Shown here piece after piece: positions 58,833 to 64,000 of a DNA stretch of 64,000 bases. Each line of letters begins with the position of its first letter. The stretch's first letter is position 1. The position numbers were made by a program, and so were the translations under genes. Origin of the DNA: Cyanobacteria bacterium auto_48_18 (GTDB taxonomy: Bacteria > Cyanobacteriota > Vampirovibrionia > Obscuribacterales > Obscuribacteraceae); the NCBI GenBank assembly GCA_036170915.1, contig JAVHQC010000035.1, positions 32,001 through 96,000 on the forward strand. Direction: 5' to 3'. The notes under the pieces are model-generated. The model saw only the letters and a list, made by a program, of their open reading frames with translations, was not told the DNA's origin and did not search any database.

Positions 58833-60028
58833 TGGACTGGCAGCTGATCTCCCATTATCTTCTGGCGATACTGGCCCTGCCTGTCTCTGTCATTACTGTC
58901 AAGAGCGTAATAGAAAATTCAGGCACATTGTTTGATGAAGATCTGACGATAAAGGATCGAGTATTACTGAAACAATTTGCCTTCTTCGTGCTACTGCCCG
59001 TGGTGGTACTTTTTCATGAACTGGGTCACGCTCTTGCTGCGCGTGTTTTCGGTGCCACCATCAGCGCCTTTCACTGGAGCATGTTCTGGGGTGAAGTGAC
59101 AATTGACGGCAGGCTTACTCCGCTGCAACATTATGTAATTGCTCTGGCGGGAAATCTATTTCAATTAGCGGCCTGCTTTTTCGCCCTTGCTGTGGCCATG
59201 ATAGAAAGCTCTCCAGCCATAGTTGCTCTGTGTATTTATTTCTATCTCTTTGACGGATTGGCTTGTCTGCTTGGCTATCCCATACTATCGCTAACTTCAT
59301 GGAACGATGACTTTGCCATAATTTATGGACAGGGTGGCCCAGTACTCGGCACCGTCACCGGTATCATTCACTTGATTCTAATTGCTCTATTTCTTGCCTC
59401 TTACTTTAGTAGCCCGGCTAAATTATGGTTTGTACGCAAAACTAGACCTGCCTGGTATCGGGAATTTGCAAAAACGCTGGCCAGGGCCAAGCAAGAGAAT
59501 GATGCGGTCAACTATCTGGCGGTGGCGTGGCAGTATTATTTTGTCGGTTTAGACAAACTTTGCGAGCAGTGTTTGACCACCGTGGAGAAACTTGACGCAA
59601 AACTAATGGACGTTTGGTTATTACGTGGATATATCAATCAAAGTAAAGGCCGTTTTGACAGTGCCATTTTATGTTTTGAAGAAATTACCAGTAATGATGG
59701 TGACAGTGACAAGACTCTGCAAGCGCGGGCCTGGATGGCATGCGGTCACTGTCTGGCGCAAAAGCTGGAAAACGCCCGAAACCCCCAGTGGCACGATGTA
59801 TTAAAAACCTATAAGCAAGCTTCGACCGTAGCGCCGGAGCTGGCTGACCCACATTATTACCTTGGTGTAACACTGATTAAAGCCGGTCTATTAACTGATG
59901 CAGAAGCCGAGCTGCAACTTTGCCAGGGAAGCCAGGGACGGGTTCTGACCTGGCTTGACCCCATGCTCGGCTCGATGGTTCAGCAGGAAGTCAATACCAT
60001 TCGCAGTATGAGCAGGACCAAGCAATAA
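58829..60028 (+). CDS. M50-like membrane metalloprotease with C-terminal TPR region
   Basis: VLFHELGHA, IALAGN, YP..NDDF; multi-TM; TPRs; overlaps the tatC stop. Confidence 0.82.
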   Translation: MMDWQLISHYLLAILALPVSVITVKSVIENSGTLFDEDLTIKDRVLLKQFAFFVLLPVVVLFHELGHALAARVFGATISAFHWSMFWGEVTIDGRLTPLQHYVIALAGNLFQLAACFFALAVAMIESSPAIVALCIYFYLFDGLACLLGYPILSLTSWNDDFAIIYGQGGPVLGTVTGIIHLILIALFLASYFSSPAKLWFVRKTRPAWYREFAKTLARAKQENDAVNYLAVAWQYYFVGLDKLCEQCLTTVEKLDAKLMDVWLLRGYINQSKGRFDSAILCFEEITSNDGDSDKTLQARAWMACGHCLAQKLENARNPQWHDVLKTYKQASTVAPELADPHYYLGVTLIKAGLLTDAEAELQLCQGSQGRVLTWLDPMLGSMVQQEVNTIRSMSRTKQ

Positions 60029-60114
60029 ATTTCTCTCACGCTTGTCAGGAGAATGCCTCCTATAATTACCGCAATCCGAAACAAATAACGGCGTTACTAA
60101 CGAAGGCATCTAAT

Positions 60115-61242
60115 TTGAACTTCAGCGCATTAGTCCATGAGCTGCTGACGCACCAATCCACTGCTATTGCCTGGGGCCTGGCGGTGCTAACTCTAGCCCT
60201 GGCGGCAGACACGCTAATCAGGCTTTATACAGAGCGTCACCGGCTGGTCAAAGAAGAGCTCAATGATGATGACCGGGCTTTTGCCTGGCGTCTTGTCATT
60301 TTTCTAGTCTTGCCGATTTTGGTTTTGATTGATCTTCGTGTCAGCGAAATCGTCATCGCTGCTGGTATCAAAGACGGTGGCACCATCGCACTATGTGGTG
60401 AATTGGTGCAATTGCTTTTTGCTCTGGTTTTGCTACCAGCATTACTAGTGCGGCCTCATCCATTCCTGGCCACCTTCCTCGGTTATACCGTCGCTTTTAC
60501 TCTCGGTCTCAATCTGGTACTAAATCCGACTCTGGCGCTGGCTGGTGTAGGCACCGAACGTCTCAATAATGCTTTCATCATTGTGCATACTCTGCTTACT
60601 GTGGCTTTTCTTTTTTGCTTGCGCTATTCGCCAGTGCGTCTGTGGTTTTCCGGTCTGACTCGGCCGCAGATTTCCAAAGAATTAGCTCAGTCAATTACGC
60701 TCTGGAAAGAGCACAAACATGACGCTAATTTGACTTTGCGCACCGGTTTGCTATACGTGAGAGCAGGCATGAATCGGCAGGCTAAACGACTGCTAAAACA
60801 TCTGGAATCAAATACTATTCATGCCACTTTTCTTAAGGCGCTAATTTGTTTTCGTCAGCGGCGTTATGCCCAAGCAAAAGTATTATTTGTGCAAACATCA
60901 GAATTTCAAGGTGTAGATGGAGAACTGAAAGCAACTTTACTAGCAGCTGCTGCCTGTGCCGCTTTTGCTAATGGAGAGATCATAAACAGCCTCAATCTCT
61001 GCGATCGCGCCCTTGAATTCGAAGATGCCTGCTTGACCGCTCGTATGGTTAGAGTTGATGTCTATCTGGCCCAAGGCAAAAAAGCTCAAGCGGCTCAGGA
61101 CATAATGGTGGCAATGCATCTCGGTTTAAATTTCGATCTCAAAGACAAAGTGCCGGTTGATATCGAGCAAACTTATATGCAAATAGCGGCACTATCAAAT
61201 CAAGCTCAGGAAGTGCGTTCTGAGATTCTTTTGAAAAATTGA
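60115..61242 (+). CDS. membrane TPR protein, paralog of the upstream M50 protease lacking HExxH
   Basis: Shared DR...F.xLP, AL.G.L.QL and SP..LWF...TRP motifs; HELGH replaced by DLRVS. Confidence 0.72.
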   Translation: MNFSALVHELLTHQSTAIAWGLAVLTLALAADTLIRLYTERHRLVKEELNDDDRAFAWRLVIFLVLPILVLIDLRVSEIVIAAGIKDGGTIALCGELVQLLFALVLLPALLVRPHPFLATFLGYTVAFTLGLNLVLNPTLALAGVGTERLNNAFIIVHTLLTVAFLFCLRYSPVRLWFSGLTRPQISKELAQSITLWKEHKHDANLTLRTGLLYVRAGMNRQAKRLLKHLESNTIHATFLKALICFRQRRYAQAKVLFVQTSEFQGVDGELKATLLAAAACAAFANGEIINSLNLCDRALEFEDACLTARMVRVDVYLAQGKKAQAAQDIMVAMHLGLNFDLKDKVPVDIEQTYMQIAALSNQAQEVRSEILLKN

Positions 61243-61393
61243 TGCGGGTTATACGAAAAATCGCTTTCTTCTTTTTAGATAATACATATAATGGCAGAAG
61301 CCAAGTGTGAAAAAATGTCGCAAAGTAGCAAAAAGCTCAACGAGTCCAAAGAGTGTCTACAGGTATCCATGTCTTTGAGGTCCTGTTGCCAGC

Positions 61394-64000
61394 GTGCCAA
61401 TTAGTGCCAAAGTCAGATTGAACATCCGTGCCAGAATGGTGATTCTGTGCCTCGCGGTGGCAACTCCTTTGTTGGCCATAGGCAGCTTTTCACTTTTCAA
61501 AGAGTATCAAACGCTCAAGCACGAAGCCGAAAATGCCACCACTCTGCAAGCGGCAACCGGAGTGCGCACTTTAACTAACTGGATTGACTCACAGCTTGGT
61601 TCTTTATCAGCTGTAGCGGCCTTGAGTGCCAAGAACTCGCCACTCAGCACTAGCAATAGCTCAAGTGGTCTGAACACAGACACCACACTCTCAACAGCAC
61701 TGGTGGCGCAACCATCGTGGAGCAAACTAATTTTGACGTCGCCTGACGGCAGCAAGGTGATCGCGCAAGCGTATCGCGATAGCAGAAACAGTGCTGCGGC
61801 TAGTCTCACTGACAGTCTTATCTTCAAACAGCTTCTGGCAACCACTCTAAAAAGCTCTAAGCCGGCCATGGCATCAGCCACAGTCTTTGACCAGATGGGC
61901 AAACCTTACATAGTTGCCTGCGCACCTGTGGTTCAGAACAATAAGGTGCAGGCACAACTGGTTGCCGCCATAGAACCAAGGGCCGTACTCAATTTGTTTA
62001 CTGGTCTATCAGGCGACTCGAGTAAAACCAGCGCCGTTATTGCCGTCATCGACTCACAAAAGCGCGTGATCGCCAGAACCATCGAGAATGATTTCTGGCT
62101 GGGCAAAGATTTCTCCCATGCCAAAACAGTTCAAGCTGCGGCCGGCAAGCAGAAAGGTACTCTCGAGGCCATTGGCATTGCCGATCCAACACCTCGCGCT
62201 TACGCTTTCGATCATGTGCCGGGTACAAACTGGCAGTTGACTGTAGGCATGCCCACAAGACTTATATATGGAACGGCTCATGACCAGCTGATTTTAATGG
62301 TGGCGCTAGCGGCGTGTGCCATCGGAATTTCTTTTGTACTGGCCTATTCAGCTACTTCACACTTCACTCGGGCTATTAATAGCCTGGTGCGAGAAGCGCT
62401 TGCCCTGGGCAAAGGCGACTTCTCCAAACGAGTCGAAGTCAAATCAAGTGATGAGCTTGGCATGCTCGCTCGAGCCTTCAACGAAATGGCTATTACCCTA
62501 GAACTTGACCGTGATCAAAAGAACATGGTTAATCGCATTTCTGAGTCGGTCAGGCAATCTTTAGATATGGACGAAATTCTAAACACCACCGTCAAAGAGT
62601 TAGGGCTCGCTCTCAATGCCAGCCGCTGCTGTCTGGCCTTGATTGACACCCACAACACCACAGAGCTCGAAGATGACGAGCTTTCTTTCGACTATGTCTG
62701 GTGGAATGAAAAATTCAGCGGCAACGCGCTAACCAATCGCAAAGTGCTAATTTCTGAAAACACCACCTTGCGTCACATTATCGATCAGGGCTCAATTATC
62801 TGGCTTGATGTATTGAGCGAGCAAGACTTCAACAACTTGATTGACGACAGCGGGGGTAGCGACGCTGCTGACTGGCGGTCAATTAAAACTCTGATTGCTT
62901 GTCCTATTCAAGCGGCCTCAGGTATCATCGGTTTGATTCTAGTACACCAGTGTGACGACGTTCGCGCCTGGTCACCGTCAGAGCTCGAACTTGTAGAAGC
63001 AGTGGCCAACCAGGTTTCATTGGCTATTGATCATGGCCGACTTTACAGCCACGCCAAAACTCTGGCCGAAAAAGAGCAGCTAATCAATCACATTGTTCGC
63101 TCGGTGCGTACCTCACTAGACGTTGACACCATCCTTGATACCGTTACCAGTGAACTGTCAAAAGCACTTGGTGCCGATCGTGTGCAGATTGCTCAGCCCC
63201 GGGCTGAAGGGCCACTGGTTGTCACTCACGAACACCATTCAGCAGAATTGGAAAGTCACAAAGGCTTGAGTCTGTACGGCAACAGCATCGATTTTCATCC
63301 TAACGCCACAATCAACAGTTTCGTCAGTGACACTGGTAACACGGTGCTCGGAATTGATTTAGCAGCAATTGCAGGCGACGGCAATCAATCAATTGCATCG
63401 CTTTCAGTAGTGCATCAAGTCGCCGGCGATCACGGCTGCCTGCCGTTCTCAGAATATCTTGCCACTATCGGTTCGCAGTCTTTGATTGCGGCACCGCTGC
63501 TCAATGAAAATCAACTGATGGGCGTTTTAATTGTGCATCAATGCAGCAGCTTGAGACAATGGTCAGAACACGAAATTCGTTTGGTTTCTGCCATTGCCGA
63601 CCAACTGGCCGTGGCCATTGCCCACGCTCAGCTCTTCGCACAAGTGAGACACCAGGCCATAACCGACGGGCTGACTGGTCTGTATAATCACGTTTATTTC
63701 AAAAATCGCCTCACTGAAGAACTGCGCACTGCTGAAAGAAAAGGCCAGCCAGTTTCACTGATTATGATCGATCTCGACAAACTCAAGGTTATCAACGACA
63801 CCCACGGACACCCGGTGGGAGATTCTGCCATCAGGCAAATCGGCGCTATTCTCAAGACACTCTTGCGCAGTGGCGACACTGCAGCGCGCTATGGTGGAGA
63901 AGAGTTTGGCATTATTCTGCCAGAAACATCACTTCTAGAAGCGGCCTTAATTGCCGACAGGTTGTGCAGCCAGATTCGCAATACTCATGTGCCTGGTCTA
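61394..64000 (+). CDS. diguanylate cyclase (TM, Cache-like, TM, HAMP, GAF, GAF, GGDEF), 3'-truncated at window edge
   Basis: Frame-2 ORF from GTG 61394 (stop at 61376-78 upstream); DELGMLARAFNEM, two LxVHQC..R.W GAFs, TDGLTGLYN, INDTHGH..GD, LRSGDTAARYGGEEF at ~63863-63907. Confidence 0.92.
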   Translation, partial: MPISAKVRLNIRARMVILCLAVATPLLAIGSFSLFKEYQTLKHEAENATTLQAATGVRTLTNWIDSQLGSLSAVAALSAKNSPLSTSNSSSGLNTDTTLSTALVAQPSWSKLILTSPDGSKVIAQAYRDSRNSAAASLTDSLIFKQLLATTLKSSKPAMASATVFDQMGKPYIVACAPVVQNNKVQAQLVAAIEPRAVLNLFTGLSGDSSKTSAVIAVIDSQKRVIARTIENDFWLGKDFSHAKTVQAAAGKQKGTLEAIGIADPTPRAYAFDHVPGTNWQLTVGMPTRLIYGTAHDQLILMVALAACAIGISFVLAYSATSHFTRAINSLVREALALGKGDFSKRVEVKSSDELGMLARAFNEMAITLELDRDQKNMVNRISESVRQSLDMDEILNTTVKELGLALNASRCCLALIDTHNTTELEDDELSFDYVWWNEKFSGNALTNRKVLISENTTLRHIIDQGSIIWLDVLSEQDFNNLIDDSGGSDAADWRSIKTLIACPIQAASGIIGLILVHQCDDVRAWSPSELELVEAVANQVSLAIDHGRLYSHAKTLAEKEQLINHIVRSVRTSLDVDTILDTVTSELSKALGADRVQIAQPRAEGPLVVTHEHHSAELESHKGLSLYGNSIDFHPNATINSFVSDTGNTVLGIDLAAIAGDGNQSIASLSVVHQVAGDHGCLPFSEYLATIGSQSLIAAPLLNENQLMGVLIVHQCSSLRQWSEHEIRLVSAIADQLAVAIAHAQLFAQVRHQAITDGLTGLYNHVYFKNRLTEELRTAERKGQPVSLIMIDLDKLKVINDTHGHPVGDSAIRQIGAILKTLLRSGDTAARYGGEEFGIILPETSLLEAALIADRLCSQIRNTHVPGL

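Noticed and set aside
52001..61008. HIP1 octamer GCGATCGC at 52001 and 61001
   Set aside because: Only about two copies noticed in 64 kb, near chance and not the enrichment typical of many oxygenic cyanobacteria; I did not count exhaustively
63061..63640. GAF as a canonical cyanobacteriochrome
   Set aside because: It lacks the canonical CH/CY at the expected position and has no DxCF-type motif

Overview
A 64-kb bacterial chromosomal window of moderate GC with no rRNA, CRISPR array, transposase or prophage. The gene content suggests a non-photosynthetic Cyanobacteria sister lineage (Melainabacteria/Obscuribacterales-like); this is an inference from the cyanobacterial-type GAF domains, the LRR, caspase-TPR and PAS-kinase genes, and the absence of photosynthesis genes. 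Housekeeping genes: rpsO-pnp, rsfS, HU, rpsF-ssb-rpsR-tRNA-Leu(CAG)-infC-rpmI-rplT-TrmH, tatC, tdh-kbl, etfB-etfA-ETF:quinone oxidoreductase, a lysophospholipase with an acyl-CoA/ACP synthetase, XerD and AsmA. They are interspersed with proteases, signalling proteins and many unknowns. Most notable observations: (i) a gene pair encoding an apparently nuclease-dead PD-(D/E)XK-like protein with an ~800-aa disordered insert and a membrane-anchored atypical receiver with four WG[DE]LD linear motifs; (ii) XerD with an inserted AT-hook; (iii) a bifurcating-type ETF coupled to an ETF-QO with a FixX-like 8-Cys tail; (iv) tatC coupled to an M50 protease and its catalytically dead paralog; (v) a ~728-aa gene split by an exact 7-bp tandem duplication; (vi) two Sm/Hfq-like folds; (vii) an HTH-zinc ribbon-RD-repeat protein. 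A diguanylate cyclase missing from the ORF track runs off the right edge. All family assignments come from motif recognition by eye, not from database searches.
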